Shown piece after piece: positions 9,307 through 20,283 of a DNA stretch of 57,872 nucleotides. Source of the stretch: Candidatus Bathyarchaeia archaeon (GTDB taxonomy: Archaea; Thermoproteota; Bathyarchaeia; Bathyarchaeales; Bathycorpusculaceae); assembly GCA_050010515.1 (NCBI GenBank), contig JBEKKX010000015.1, forward strand, positions 1 through 57,872. The letters run 5' to 3'. The notes under the pieces are model-generated. The model had not been told where the DNA came from and did no database searches. It saw only the letters and a list, made by a program, of their open reading frames with translations. Each line of letters begins with the position of its first letter. Position 1 is the stretch's first letter. The translations under genes and the position numbers were made by a program.

Positions 9307-9540
9307 TTAATGGCGTTCGTATGCCCGCGTCTCATCCAATAATTCCTTTGAGGTTTTTCCGTCAGCATTCCCTTTTAATGAGCCAAATTCTTCTTTTGGG
9401 GAAAGAAGAGGTTTTATTATTATGCCTCTTTCATCCTCTTCGATCATAATTTTATCTTTGATTCCGTATTTTTCCCTCAGTGCCTTAGGGATTGTGAATT
9501 GACCCTTTTTTGTAACGCTGCTAACCTTCAAATCAGTCAT
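9307..9540 (-). CDS. AbrB/MazE/SpoVT-family antitoxin (orphan, no toxin downstream)
   Basis: VTKKGQFTIPKALREKYGI motif. Confidence 0.8.
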   Translation of the reverse strand: MTDLKVSSVTKKGQFTIPKALREKYGIKDKIMIEEDERGIIIKPLLSPKEEFGSLKGNADGKTSKELLDETRAYERH

Positions 9541-9626
9541 TTCAATAACCGTTCTGATTTATTTGACCTTATATGGGCGTGGTATATATTTAAGAGTGTG
9601 GGATTAATAATATTAGTGGGAATAAA

Positions 9627-9881
9627 ATGAGTGGAACCACCATTAAAATGGACGAGAAAGGCAGAATAATCATTCCGAAGCGCATAAGGAAGGCAGCCCA
9701 GCTTAAGGAAGGCAGCTATATCACCATTAGATCAAAAGGAAAAACAGTCATTATTGAACCAATTGAGCCGGTTGCGGACAAATATTTTGGTGCTTTCAAA
9801 GTAACTAACTGGCCTGAAGATTTAGATGAATTCGTAGTGGAGGTCAAAAAGGAATGGTGGCAGAAGAAAAGCGGTATATAG
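9627..9881 (+). CDS. vapB: AbrB-family antitoxin
   Basis: MDEKGRIIIPKRIRK; overlaps the PIN gene. Confidence 0.85.
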   Translation: MSGTTIKMDEKGRIIIPKRIRKAAQLKEGSYITIRSKGKTVIIEPIEPVADKYFGAFKVTNWPEDLDEFVVEVKKEWWQKKSGI

Positions 9882-10279
9882 ATGTCAATGTTTTTGTATA
9901 TTGGCTTGGTAGCCATCCAAAATTCGGTGAAACAGCCTGCAAATGGATAAAAAACATAGAAAGCGCTCCTCCAGGAGAGTACATTACCTCTAGCTTGTCT
10001 CTTTATGAGACACTTGTAATTGTCGCAGGGTTAACTGGCAAAAAATTAAAAGACCAAGTTTTCACAGAACAAGTTATTAAAGCTATAACAGGTATCAAAG
10101 GCCTAATAATTGAACCGCTTAATCCTGAAGATTTTGTCAGAGCCGTAGACATAATGAACGACTATAAGCTTGACTATGAGGACTCTATACAATTAGCTGT
10201 AGCCATAAGAACAGGAGCACAAGAAATAATCTCAAATGACAAAGACTTCAAGACAGCACCAATAAAAAGAATCTTCTGA
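9854..10279 (+). CDS. vapC: PIN-domain toxin
   Basis: YIDVNVF, DSIQLA and SNDKDF motifs. Confidence 0.88.
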   Translation: MVAEEKRYIDVNVFVYWLGSHPKFGETACKWIKNIESAPPGEYITSSLSLYETLVIVAGLTGKKLKDQVFTEQVIKAITGIKGLIIEPLNPEDFVRAVDIMNDYKLDYEDSIQLAVAIRTGAQEIISNDKDFKTAPIKRIF

Positions 10280-10289
10280 AAAATCATGG

Positions 10290-11810
10290 TTATTTGTGGT
10301 TGTTTTCGTTGTTGTAGTCTGTTGTTAGCACGTTCATAGCGCTAAGCACAGCTTCCATGCTGGCTTTAACTATGTCTTCGCGTACTCCCATGGCTGTTAC
10401 TGCTCTGTCTCCTTTGCGCATGCGCACGACAACTTCAACCATTGCGTCTGTTCCGCCCGTTATCGCTTTAACATTGTATTGTTCCAGCGTGATGGGTTCA
10501 ACTTCCGCAATGGCGTTTTTGACTGCGTTTATGGCTGCGTCAACGGGTCCTACGCCGACTGCTGCACCCCAAACGTCTTTGCCGTTTAACCTAAGCCGCA
10601 CTGAAGCGGTTGCCGTGACTTTGTCACCGCTGACAACCGTCATCTCCTCAAGCAGTATTGGTTTGGCTTTGCTTAAGCCCATAACGTTCTCGGCGATTGC
10701 CAGCACATCGGCATCCATGACTGTTTTGCCTTTGTCACCTAACTCTTTGATTCGCTTGAATATTTCTTTAAACTGTTCCTCAGTTGGTTTCAAACCCATC
10801 TTCTCCAGTGCAGCTTGTATGCCATGAGTTCCAGAGTGCTTTCCAGGCGATATTCGTCGTGTGCCACCGACCAGTTCAGGAGCAATCGGCTCATAAGTCA
10901 ACGGGTGAGCAAGCAAACCCTGCGTGTGGATGCCTGATTCATGCGTGAAAGCGTTCTCGCCTACGATTGCCTTGTTAGGCTGCACGTTGATGCCAGTTAA
11001 TCTTGAAACCAGCTGTGAAGTGCTGTACAAAAGCTCGGTTTTGATGTTTAAGTCCAAATTGTACAGTTGCTTTAACGAAACCACAATTTCCTCCAGTGAA
11101 GCGTTTCCAGCACGTTCTCCTAAGCCGTTTATGGTTGCGTGAACCTGCGTTGCACCAGCCCTTAATGCTGCAATAGAGTTTGCTACTGCCATTCCGAAAT
11201 CGTTGTGGCAGTGAACGCTGATTGGAACCTTGACCGAATCGTAAAGCGCTGAGAATAGCTCGTAGGATTTTTCAGGAGTTAACACACCAACTGTATCGCA
11301 TGCGACAACCCTGTCTGCTCCAGCGGCGATGCCAACTTCATAGAATTTCTTGAGAAAATCAAGCTCTGTGCGTGTTGCATCTTCAGCTGAAAGCTCAACT
11401 ATCAAGCCGCAGCTCTTGGCAAGTTGGACGTTGTCTTCGGTGATTTTGAGCAGTTGCTCTCGTGTCTTGTTCAGTTTATATTTTAAGTGTATATCAGATG
11501 TTGGGATGACAAGATGTATACTGTCTGCTCCGCTTTTCGCTACGGCTTCAATGTCGCCTCTTGTGCCTCTGGCGCAACTGGAAATTTCAGCCCTCAAACC
11601 TTGCTTGGCGATTAGGGTTACGGCTTCCATTTCGCCTTCGGAAGAAGCGGCGAACCCAGCCTCAATGACATCTACGCCAAGTTCGTCTAAGCGTTGAGCA
11701 ATCCTTAGTTTATTTTCAGGAACAAGCGATACTCCAGGCGTTTGTTCACCATCACGAAGGGTGGTGTCTAAAATTCTTACACGTTTAGGGAAGCGGTTGA
11801 ATAAAGCAAT
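10290..11810 (-). CDS. cimA: (R)-citramalate synthase / 2-isopropylmalate synthase; start uncertain (ATT-11810, or frameshifted GTG-11817)
   Basis: DTTLRDGEQTPG is in frame upstream of the track start. HCHNDFG, GERAGN and C-terminal regulatory domain present. IHLVIPTSDIH is CimA-like. Confidence 0.8.
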   Translation of the reverse strand: MALFNRFPKRVRILDTTLRDGEQTPGVSLVPENKLRIAQRLDELGVDVIEAGFAASSEGEMEAVTLIAKQGLRAEISSCARGTRGDIEAVAKSGADSIHLVIPTSDIHLKYKLNKTREQLLKITEDNVQLAKSCGLIVELSAEDATRTELDFLKKFYEVGIAAGADRVVACDTVGVLTPEKSYELFSALYDSVKVPISVHCHNDFGMAVANSIAALRAGATQVHATINGLGERAGNASLEEIVVSLKQLYNLDLNIKTELLYSTSQLVSRLTGINVQPNKAIVGENAFTHESGIHTQGLLAHPLTYEPIAPELVGGTRRISPGKHSGTHGIQAALEKMGLKPTEEQFKEIFKRIKELGDKGKTVMDADVLAIAENVMGLSKAKPILLEEMTVVSGDKVTATASVRLRLNGKDVWGAAVGVGPVDAAINAVKNAIAEVEPITLEQYNVKAITGGTDAMVEVVVRMRKGDRAVTAMGVREDIVKASMEAVLSAMNVLTTDYNNENNHK

Positions 11811-11896
11811 ACCCCACTTAAATCACATCTCTTTTCAAGGCGTCACCCTTAAATATAAAATTATTGGTGTCTTAATGCAGCACAGAGGCCTTTAAG

Positions 11897-13525
11897 ATGA
11901 GAAGCGACGAGATAAAACTCGGAACAGAGCGGGCACCACACAGAGCCCTGCTAAAAAGTTTAGGTTTAACAGACCAAGACATAGCTAAACCATTCATTGG
12001 GATAGCTAACAGTTACACGTCAATAGTTCCCGGGCACATTCATCTTAGAGCTTTAGGTGAAGCAGTAAAAGAAGGTATTCTTGAAGCCGGCGGAACACCC
12101 TTCGAATTTAACACCATAGCCGTATGCGACGGCCTAGCCATGGGTCACGAAGGCATGCGGTATTCACTTCCAAGCCGCGAATTAATTGCTGACTCAGTAG
12201 AAATCATGATGCAAGCCCACCGCTTAGACGGCATGGTGATGATTTCAAACTGCGACAAAGTCACGCCAGGCATGCTTATGGCAGCAGCACGGCTAAACGT
12301 GCCCGCCATATCAGTCACAGGCGGACCAATGGAGTCAGGCATACTAAACGGACAAAAAGTCGGCGTAAACAACGTTTTCGAAGCAGTCGGCAGAGTCTTC
12401 GCTGGCAAAATGACCGCGGAGGAATCAGCAATGCTGGAAAACGTGGCTTGTCCAGGCTGTGGCTCCTGCAACGGTATGTTCACAGCGAACACCATGGCTT
12501 GCATGACTGAAGCGTTAGGCATGTCTCTTCCTTACTGCGCTACAGCATTAGCGAATGGTGCATTGAAGCAGAGAATTGCCAAAGAGACAGGACAAAAAAT
12601 CGTTGAACTCACAAAGAAAGACATCAAGCCCTCACAGATAATGACTCAGAGCGCCTTTGAAAACGCTGCTGCAGTTGACATGGCGCTTGGAGGCTCCACA
12701 AATACAGTTTTGCACCTCTCAGCCATCGCAAATGAAGCCGGAGCTAAACTTAACCTCTCAACTTATGATGAGATCGGACGGAAAGTGCCTCATTTGTGCA
12801 ACATGGTTCCAACTGGCTCTTTCGATATGGAAGATTTAGGCAACGCGGGCGGTTTACCTGCGTTGATAAAGCAGCTTAAGCCATTTGTGCATTTTGATGC
12901 GTTAACAGTTACGGGTAAAACCATTGGCGAAAATGTTGCAGACGCCAAAGTAATAAACGCTGAAGTAATCCGCCCATTGGATAATCCAGTTCACAAAGAA
13001 GGCGGCATCGCTATACTCAAAGGCAATTTGGCTCCTCAAGGAGCAGTCGTGAAAATGGCGGCGGTCTCGCCTAAGATGATGAAGCATCAAGGTCCAGCGA
13101 AAGTTTACGATTCAGAACACGAAGCGGAAGAAGCCATGAAGCGTCACGAGGTTGTAGCTGGCGACGTCGTAGTTATTCGTTATGAAGGACCAAAAGGTGG
13201 GCCTGGAATGCCGGAAATGCTAATTCCCACAGCTACCATTGCAGGCATGGGCTTAAGCGAAAGCGTAGCCCTGATAACTGACGGCAGGTTTTCTGGTGCG
13301 ACGCGTGGACCATGCATTGGACACGTTGCCCCTGAAGCCTTCGAAGGCGGACCTATTGCGGTTTTAAAAAACGGTGACAAGATAACCATTGACATTCCCA
13401 ACAGGGTTCTGAAAGTTGAGTTGTCAGAGCAGGAGCTTAAAGAACGGTTAGCCGCGTGGAAGCCTAGGAAACCTAAAATCTCTAAGGGTTATCTAAGCAG
13501 GTATTCGCCGACTCCATCGGAATAA
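11897..13525 (+). CDS. ilvD: Dihydroxy-acid dehydratase
   Basis: [27 protein letters not shown] and TDGRFSG motifs. Confidence 0.96.
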   Translation: MRSDEIKLGTERAPHRALLKSLGLTDQDIAKPFIGIANSYTSIVPGHIHLRALGEAVKEGILEAGGTPFEFNTIAVCDGLAMGHEGMRYSLPSRELIADSVEIMMQAHRLDGMVMISNCDKVTPGMLMAAARLNVPAISVTGGPMESGILNGQKVGVNNVFEAVGRVFAGKMTAEESAMLENVACPGCGSCNGMFTANTMACMTEALGMSLPYCATALANGALKQRIAKETGQKIVELTKKDIKPSQIMTQSAFENAAAVDMALGGSTNTVLHLSAIANEAGAKLNLSTYDEIGRKVPHLCNMVPTGSFDMEDLGNAGGLPALIKQLKPFVHFDALTVTGKTIGENVADAKVINAEVIRPLDNPVHKEGGIAILKGNLAPQGAVVKMAAVSPKMMKHQGPAKVYDSEHEAEEAMKRHEVVAGDVVVIRYEGPKGGPGMPEMLIPTATIAGMGLSESVALITDGRFSGATRGPCIGHVAPEAFEGGPIAVLKNGDKITIDIPNRVLKVELSEQELKERLAAWKPRKPKISKGYLSRYSPTPSE

Positions 13526-13785
13526 GCTATCCACGAAGCTTAGGAAGAAAAAGCAAACGAGAAGGGCTGAAACAGCAAAATAGCGTCAATAGTATAATGC
13601 ATAATCTTAGCCTCCGTTTTTAAGCAAGGCTCAGGTCGGATGGTGGTGGGATGGTTGTGGTAGTAGTGTAACTACTGCAAATGTTTTTACGGCAAAAGTC
13701 GTTAATTTTTGTTATCGGCTTGTTTTACTCAAGCATGTTGTTGTTCTGGCGCGCAAAGCATGAATATCGGTTGGAAGTGTTCTTT

Positions 13786-14136
13786 ATGGTTTTAGTTGAA
13801 GGAATCAAAATGAATGCCAAGCCTATACGTAAAAAGCAGCTCGTCAAAGCATGGAAAACTCTATCGTGCAAGCCATTGCCTAAAGTTAAAGCGCTTGAAT
13901 TAAACGATGAGGATTTTAACTATGCTATTCAGCACAGGCACTGCTTTGAAGATGAACTGTGCGAGATTGAGGAATGGGGCAGGGTTCTTTCAACCAAGGG
14001 CACTGATGCGTGTGTGTTTAACGCTGAAGAAACCGACAACGCCGAATACATCATACTTGTCAGGGAAAACCCATACCACAGCTTAGATGAAATTATTCTT
14101 CACGAATTATCGCACATTGCCAGAGGAGACCTTTAA
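13786..14136 (+). CDS. Hypothetical protein with C-terminal HExxH (zincin-like) motif
   Basis: ILHELSHIARG; start codon uncertain (13786 or 13810). Confidence 0.6.
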   Translation: MVLVEGIKMNAKPIRKKQLVKAWKTLSCKPLPKVKALELNDEDFNYAIQHRHCFEDELCEIEEWGRVLSTKGTDACVFNAEETDNAEYIILVRENPYHSLDEIILHELSHIARGDL

Positions 14137-15089
14137 CCGCTCATTTTACCTATAACGTTTTCAGCAAACAGCCTCAATCCATCCAAGCTTGGTAAATCAG
14201 CAAAAAACAACATAAAATAAGTCACACCCAAATCCACATAAACCTGCAACTGCTCAATGCATTCATCCGGAGTGCCCATCAAAGTAGTTTTCTTAAAATC
14301 CTCTAAGCTAACATTTGCTGGTTTTCGTTGAGAAATCTTTTTGCTCAGCTCTCTTTGATTCTGTCCGATCAGCACTTGGCCGCCGGGCCAGCAGGACTTT
14401 TCAATTTCACTAAAGTTTCTGCCAATTGCTTTGCATTGATTCTCTAAAAACGCAAGTTTATGCTTGTATGCTTCAATGGATGGCAAGAAGCCCCAATCAA
14501 ACCTGTCTGCATACGGTGCGGTCACTTTCCCCATCAGTAGTTCGCTGCTGCCGCCTACGGTTATGGGTGGGTGTGGTTTTTGCGAGGGTTTAGGTTCACA
14601 AACAGCATTTTTCAGCGTGTAGTGTTTTCCTTGGTAGTTTGCCTTCTCCTCCGTCCAAAGTCGCCTTATTACTTCCAAAGCCTCACTTAAACGCTCTATT
14701 CTGACGCTTGGCGGGGGAAAACCGAAACCATAAGCGATATGCTCGGTCTCTTGCGTGCCTACTCCTATGCCAAGCTCTAACCTGCCATTCGATAGGACAT
14801 CTAGCGTAGCAGCCATTTTGGCGAGCAAAGCTGGGTTTCTATGAGTATTGCAGGAGACCATTGTCCCAAGCCGTATCCTGCTGGTTAATGCGGAGAGCAC
14901 GGAGAGTGTCGTCCAGCATTCAAGTATAGGCCAGTCATTGTACATTAGATGGTCGTCTAGCCAAACTGCATGGTAGCCTAAGTGTTCACATTCTAAGACA
15001 ATATCTCGAATGAGGCTGAAGTTTTCTTTGGGCTCTTTCGCTTGGAACGCGTAGAATGGAAGGAAGACTCCGAATTTTAGTTTGCCCAA
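14133..15089 (-). CDS. LLM-class flavin/F420-dependent oxidoreductase
   Basis: WLDDHL, RNPALLAKMAATLDVLSNGRLELGIG and PKP.Q.PHPPI motifs. Confidence 0.9.
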   Translation of the reverse strand: MGKLKFGVFLPFYAFQAKEPKENFSLIRDIVLECEHLGYHAVWLDDHLMYNDWPILECWTTLSVLSALTSRIRLGTMVSCNTHRNPALLAKMAATLDVLSNGRLELGIGVGTQETEHIAYGFGFPPPSVRIERLSEALEVIRRLWTEEKANYQGKHYTLKNAVCEPKPSQKPHPPITVGGSSELLMGKVTAPYADRFDWGFLPSIEAYKHKLAFLENQCKAIGRNFSEIEKSCWPGGQVLIGQNQRELSKKISQRKPANVSLEDFKKTTLMGTPDECIEQLQVYVDLGVTYFMLFFADLPSLDGLRLFAENVIGKMSG

Positions 15090-15168
15090 GCCATGCCACC
15101 AGCCTGCTAAGCCATAATTTAAAGGTTAATGTGGCAGTGGAGTAATTAGCCTTTAGTATAGTTAGCTG

Positions 15169-16623
15169 TCATTTAGCGGGTGCTTCTTTTCTTATGTCTC
15201 GTCCCCTAATAAACGACAACACGCCCGCAATCGCCAGTATAGCCACTGAAGCATAAAACGCGTGATCTATGCCAGATACGAACGCTTGGCTTACGCCGCC
15301 AGATAGGCTTTTGGTTCCAATAAACACTTCGAAAGCCACTTGCCTAGGTATTGAGGCTGCCGCAACCGAGATTGCTAAAACATAGCTTCCGACTAATCCA
15401 ATATTTTGCACCGTTCGCAACAAGCCGGAGATGCTGCCGTAGGAACCTGTTCTTGCATTTGCCATTACAGCACTATTGTTGGCTGGGAAAAACATGGAGG
15501 TGCCTAAGCCAGATACTGCTGAAGCGAAAAGCACAATGTAGAGTGGCGAGGTTGCGTTCATCGTTAAATAAATCACTATAGCAACTGCTAAGAAGAATAT
15601 TCCCATTGTCGCAATTTCTCTTGAACCGTACTTGTCGGAAAGTCTGCCCATTATGGGGCCTAGAAAACTGCCGGCGACGTATCCAGGAACCAACAGTAAA
15701 GAAGCATTCAACGGTGTCAAGGCTCTTATTCCCTGCAAGTACATTATTACTAGAAATACCACGGAGAAGTAGCCAATACTCACAAATAACGCTGAAAAGA
15801 TCGCATTCCGCAGAACCCTGCTTTTGAAGGCTTCAAAGTCAATAATGGGATTTTTAATCCTACGATCATACAATAAGAAAATGGGTATCAGTACCGCTCC
15901 AATCACTGCTAAAATAATGTTTAATGCACTGATTCCTTCTGAGGCGAAATTTACCAATCCCAAAGAGAGCAATACCAATGCTGAGGCAAGCAACCCCATT
16001 CCAGCAAGGTCTAGCTTGGCAGATGTTTTTTCGAAATCCTTAATGTATTTTAATCCTACTATTACTGCGATTATGCCGATTGGAATGTTTATGAAAAAGA
16101 TGTATTGCCAGCTTATGAAGGTGGTGATTATTCCGCCTAAAACGATGCCTAGCATTGCTCCAGCCGTAAAGCCAAGTGAATTGTAACCGTAAGCTCTGCC
16201 GCGTCTTTCTCTTGGGAAATAGTCAGCTATTATGGCTCCGCTGGTCGCTTGCAGGATGGCTCCACCTAACGCTTGAACTGTTCTGAAGCCTATGAGAAGA
16301 TAGATGTGAGTTGAGAAACCGCATAAAGCTGAGCCAACAGTGAAAATTACGAAGCCTAAGTTGAATATTCTGCATCTACCGTAGATGTCTCCTATTCTTC
16401 CCATCTGCGTAGTTGCAACGGCGAGGACAAGAAGGTAAGCAAGAATTATCCACAATGATGTCGATAGGTCTGAGTGGAGGCTGTCATTTATAACTGGAAA
16501 AGCCAGAAGAACGATAGTGCTGTCAAGCGCACCCATGAGAGTCCCAAGCATCACGATGGCTAACACTATACTACTGTGCCTTCCAGAACTGGAAATCGGT
16601 TTGCTGGGCGCTTCATTCACCAC
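15169..16623 (-). CDS. MFS transporter, DHA2/EmrB-like
   Basis: ALDSTIV, GRIGDIYG and WQYIFFINIPIG motifs; about 14 TM helices. Confidence 0.9.
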   Translation of the reverse strand: MVNEAPSKPISSSGRHSSIVLAIVMLGTLMGALDSTIVLLAFPVINDSLHSDLSTSLWIILAYLLVLAVATTQMGRIGDIYGRCRIFNLGFVIFTVGSALCGFSTHIYLLIGFRTVQALGGAILQATSGAIIADYFPRERRGRAYGYNSLGFTAGAMLGIVLGGIITTFISWQYIFFINIPIGIIAVIVGLKYIKDFEKTSAKLDLAGMGLLASALVLLSLGLVNFASEGISALNIILAVIGAVLIPIFLLYDRRIKNPIIDFEAFKSRVLRNAIFSALFVSIGYFSVVFLVIMYLQGIRALTPLNASLLLVPGYVAGSFLGPIMGRLSDKYGSREIATMGIFFLAVAIVIYLTMNATSPLYIVLFASAVSGLGTSMFFPANNSAVMANARTGSYGSISGLLRTVQNIGLVGSYVLAISVAAASIPRQVAFEVFIGTKSLSGGVSQAFVSGIDHAFYASVAILAIAGVLSFIRGRDIRKEAPAK

Positions 16624-16848
16624 TTAGTTACCTTTTTCCTTTAGAATTGTTATTGTAAAATTTAAAATTACTTGAGTCTTTTAAAAATATTAACTAATTT
16701 TATCAAGGTAGATAACTAAAAACATAGAATTTCTTAAGTTAAAATGTGTATTGATTGACGGCAGTAAACTGCAAAAACCAGAGGATAAGTAATTATAATT
16801 CATAAAACGTATTTTTAGATTAAACCAGTTTCAGTTGTGGTTCCCTAA

Positions 16849-17421
16849 ATGCCCGAGAAAAACGCTTCTGCTGTCGACATATTCGGCTTGTTATCAGAAG
16901 ACAGCCCTGAGCAGGCAAAAAAGAAGCGCAGACAAGAGCTTTTGGAGCCAACAGGCGTAAAAGAACTATTCAAGGGAGGAAACATAAGCGTAAACAAGTA
17001 CACATGCGATGGCGTGCAATGCAAGTTATGCGTTAAAGCTTGCCCAACTAACGCTTTGTACTGGAAAGCCGGTGAAGTAGGAATCATCGAGGACTTATGC
17101 GTTTACTGCGGCGCTTGCGTGTTAAACTGCATGGTTGATGACTGCATAAAAATCGAGCGGAAACGTGAGGACGGCAAAGTTGAACGCTTCAGCAAGCCAC
17201 AAGACGTTATAATGCTTGAAGAGAAAGTTAACGGAAAAAAGCGTTTTGACCGTGTGAAAGCAATTTTCCCAACCGCTGACGCCTACTGCGAAAAATACAC
17301 CGTCAAGCCAGAAGACATTAACTTATTTTTAGGAAAAACTGCAGGCAACAGGAATACTGATAAGCAAAAACATTATTTTACAAAACCCAGAAAAAGAAGA
17401 AGGCAACCTAAACATGAGTAA
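16849..17421 (+). CDS. 4Fe-4S dicluster ferredoxin-like protein
   Basis: CDGVQCKLCVKACP and CVYCGACVLNC motifs. Confidence 0.8.
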   Translation: MPEKNASAVDIFGLLSEDSPEQAKKKRRQELLEPTGVKELFKGGNISVNKYTCDGVQCKLCVKACPTNALYWKAGEVGIIEDLCVYCGACVLNCMVDDCIKIERKREDGKVERFSKPQDVIMLEEKVNGKKRFDRVKAIFPTADAYCEKYTVKPEDINLFLGKTAGNRNTDKQKHYFTKPRKRRRQPKHE

Positions 17422-18439
17422 AACTTACAATATAGCCGTGCTTAAAGGCGATGGCATAGGACCAGAAGTCACAGAAGCATCTATAAAAGTTCTCCAAGTC
17501 ATCCAAGAAGAATCAAACTTTAAACTTAACTTTCTTTACGGCGAAGCAGGATACCACTGCATAGCCCAATACGGCACAAACCTGCCCAAAGAAACAATAG
17601 AGTTAATAAAACAAACCAGCGCTTGCCTGAAAGGACCAATGACTACGCCTGAAGAGCCAGGTGCACCAGTAAGCGTAGCCGTAACACTCCGCAAAATCTT
17701 CAACCTTTATGCAAACGTGCGTCCATGCCGAAGCTTCCCAAGTGTTGAAGCCTTAAAACCAAACATAGACTTAGTCGTCGTACGAGAGAATACTGAAGGC
17801 TTGTACTCTGGCGCTGAATCTCTGCTTGCTCCAGGCGTCGGCATAGCTCTAAGAATAATCACAAGGGAAGCATCGCTTAAAATAGCTAATTTCGCGTTCA
17901 AGCTTGCTTCTCAGCGCAGAAAACACTTAACTTACGTGCACAAAGGCAACATTCTAAGATTAACCGACGGCATATTCAAAGACGCCGTTAAAGAAGCCCA
18001 GCAAAAGTACCCTGACGTAACCGTTGACGACTTGCACGTTGACGCGGCAACTATGCAACTAATCAAAAAACCGGAAGCCTACGATGTAATAGTTACAACT
18101 AACCTTTTCGGCGACATACTCTCTGACGAAGCAGCACAAGTAACTGGAAGCTTAGGCTTAGCAGCAGGAGCAAACATCGGCGAAACATACGGAATGTTCG
18201 AACCAGTACACGGTTCAGCACCAAAATACACAGGCATGAACAGGGTTAACCCCATAGCTACCATAATGGCGGGTTCCATGATGCTCGATTATCTCGGCGA
18301 AAAAGAAGCCGCAGCCAAAATCGAAAACGCAGTAATAAGCGTGCTCAACGAGGGCAAGGTGAGAACAGCTGATTTAGGCGGTTCCGCATCCACAGACGAA
18401 ATGGCAAATGCCGTAGTAGCAAAACTTAAGGCGGCCTGA
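17414..18439 (+). CDS. leuB: Isopropylmalate/isocitrate dehydrogenase family enzyme
   Basis: GDGIGPEV, RENTEGLY, NLFGDILSD and FEPVHGSAP motifs. Confidence 0.88.
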   Translation: MSKTYNIAVLKGDGIGPEVTEASIKVLQVIQEESNFKLNFLYGEAGYHCIAQYGTNLPKETIELIKQTSACLKGPMTTPEEPGAPVSVAVTLRKIFNLYANVRPCRSFPSVEALKPNIDLVVVRENTEGLYSGAESLLAPGVGIALRIITREASLKIANFAFKLASQRRKHLTYVHKGNILRLTDGIFKDAVKEAQQKYPDVTVDDLHVDAATMQLIKKPEAYDVIVTTNLFGDILSDEAAQVTGSLGLAAGANIGETYGMFEPVHGSAPKYTGMNRVNPIATIMAGSMMLDYLGEKEAAAKIENAVISVLNEGKVRTADLGGSASTDEMANAVVAKLKAA

Positions 18440-19580
18440 TTGAGACAGCCGTTGCACTTCGAGTAGATAACTCCATTTTATCTCCAAAACCCTTTTTCAC
18501 ATAAGCATTTTCCAAGAACAACTTGTCACCAATCTTTAATCCACTAAGGGCTTCTGCGTGTTGACGCCAAGCCGAAACCCGAACAGCACCAGACTCGTCT
18601 TTTAGCTCAAAAACCGTCAGCTTCACGGTTTCGCCTTTTGCTGTGGTTACTTCTTTGCTTTCAGGAACCGTTGAAACTACACCTTCAACGTTGGCGATTT
18701 GGTTCTCAGTTAGGCTGGCTATTTTCGTCAACTGCGGTGCAGCAACTTGAACATTAACGAAACTGGTGAAGTCAACGTGAACTTCTATGGCGCCGTTTTG
18801 GGTTTCTTTCACTTTAGCGTTACCCAATTGCAAACACGCGTTCGCTTTGAGGTTTTTTTCTAATTCTTGGGCTTTTTCATTCCAAGCAACCACTGTCACT
18901 TCTCCCGACTCATCCGCTAAAGTGAATCGCATGACTGTTCCGTCGCTTTGATCACTTCGGGTGAACTTGGTTAAGCCTAAAACCGCTTTTACAGTGCCAG
19001 AAAGATGCACATTCCCAGATGTTTTATTTAGGCATCCTATTTTGGTAGTAAACCTGTCGATGGCGGGGTATTCGCTGGCTTTTTCTTGAGGCTCCACTTC
19101 AATTTGGCTTTTGACGCCAAGATGCAACTCTACTTTGCCATACAGATCTTGCCGCGTGTACCCGTGAAGAAGCCGAACTGCCTGTCCAACTTTCAACTCG
19201 CCCTTCTCAACCAAATCAGCCTTATCATTCCACAACACTACACGCATAATGCCGTCGTTATCAGCAACCATTAACGTTGCGTATTTCCCTGATTTTTCTC
19301 CTTCGAAGGTTCGAGCTGGAAAAACCGCAATTAACCGACCTGCCACTGTAACATCGTTTAAACCAGCGAACAAGCGGCTTGTCGATAGGGTTCCATTGTT
19401 GTGAATTGTGTTTTGTTGCACTTCAACGCCGTATCTGGCGGCGATTAACCTCAGAAGCGTTTCGTCACCAAGCAGACCGCCAGTTCTGGATTTTTCAGCC
19501 TGCATTTTTTCGAGAATTTGCTCTTCATTGACTTCTGGATTTTTTTCTAGGATTTTTTGAATTATGTCTTGTGTGGTCAT
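18426..19580 (-). CDS. rpa: Replication protein A (three OB folds)
   Basis: Repeated D.SG....V.W OB-fold motifs. Confidence 0.88.
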   Translation of the reverse strand: MTTQDIIQKILEKNPEVNEEQILEKMQAEKSRTGGLLGDETLLRLIAARYGVEVQQNTIHNNGTLSTSRLFAGLNDVTVAGRLIAVFPARTFEGEKSGKYATLMVADNDGIMRVVLWNDKADLVEKGELKVGQAVRLLHGYTRQDLYGKVELHLGVKSQIEVEPQEKASEYPAIDRFTTKIGCLNKTSGNVHLSGTVKAVLGLTKFTRSDQSDGTVMRFTLADESGEVTVVAWNEKAQELEKNLKANACLQLGNAKVKETQNGAIEVHVDFTSFVNVQVAAPQLTKIASLTENQIANVEGVVSTVPESKEVTTAKGETVKLTVFELKDESGAVRVSAWRQHAEALSGLKIGDKLFLENAYVKKGFGDKMELSTRSATAVSIRPP

Positions 19581-19706
19581 TTTGCGCCGACACGATTAAG
19601 ATATAATGGTGCTTTTAATTTTTTGCATTTCTCATTTCTCTTAAGTGTTGTATGTTTATTAAAAGCGTAGTTTCATCTTTAGTTTGGGACATCGGAGGAA
19701 AAACGG

Positions 19707-19967
19707 GTGGATCTTGCAGTTTTTTACGCGCTTGGCATAGCCTTGGTTGCTGTGGGAATCATCATTATTGTTATAGCGATTATTTTAGTCTCGATGGGTG
19801 GCGCTGGAAAGGGCAAGGTGAAGGGTGCGGGCGTAATTATGATTGGTCCTATTCCGATAATTTTTGGGACAGATAAGAAATCAGTTAAATCTGTTTTGGC
19901 GCTTGCTTTAGCGCTCACCATAGCGCTTGTGATAGCTATGGTAATATATTACTGGATGTTGAGGTAA
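19707..19967 (+). CDS. DUF131 (TIGR00304) membrane protein
   Basis: GAGVIMIGPIPIIFG motif. Confidence 0.85.
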   Translation: MDLAVFYALGIALVAVGIIIIVIAIILVSMGGAGKGKVKGAGVIMIGPIPIIFGTDKKSVKSVLALALALTIALVIAMVIYYWMLR

Positions 19968-19973
19968 ACTGGT

Positions 19974-20264
19974 ATGTTAAGCGAGCAGGAAACTGAGGAC
20001 GAAGGCATCACTGTATCAAGTAGGCTTTTTGGTTTTTTGATTTTAGGAATTGCCTTAGTTTTCGTTGGCATAGTGGTTTTGGTGGTTGCATCTCTGGTTT
20101 TAGGCAGTTCAGGAAGTGTTGGGGTTGTTATTTTTATTGGTCCATTTCCAATTGTTTTTGGGTCGGGGCAAAATGCTGATTGGCTTATCTTGATTGGTAT
20201 AATTCTTGCTGTTTTGAGTATAGTGCTCTTTTGGGTTATGAACAGAAGATTCGATTGGGTTTAA
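19974..20264 (+). CDS. DUF131-like membrane protein
   Basis: GVVIFIGPFPIVFG motif. Confidence 0.8.
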   Translation: MLSEQETEDEGITVSSRLFGFLILGIALVFVGIVVLVVASLVLGSSGSVGVVIFIGPFPIVFGSGQNADWLILIGIILAVLSIVLFWVMNRRFDWV

Positions 20265-20283
20265 CAGTTAAGAAGAAGGGGTT

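Noticed and set aside
6196-13401. Numerous overlapping opposite-strand ORFs within housekeeping genes
   Set aside because: Antisense shadows of well-supported genes, with no recognisable motifs.
17300-17421. Basic C-terminal extension of the ferredoxin as a novel domain
   Set aside because: Probably read-through across the leuB upstream region; no supporting motif.
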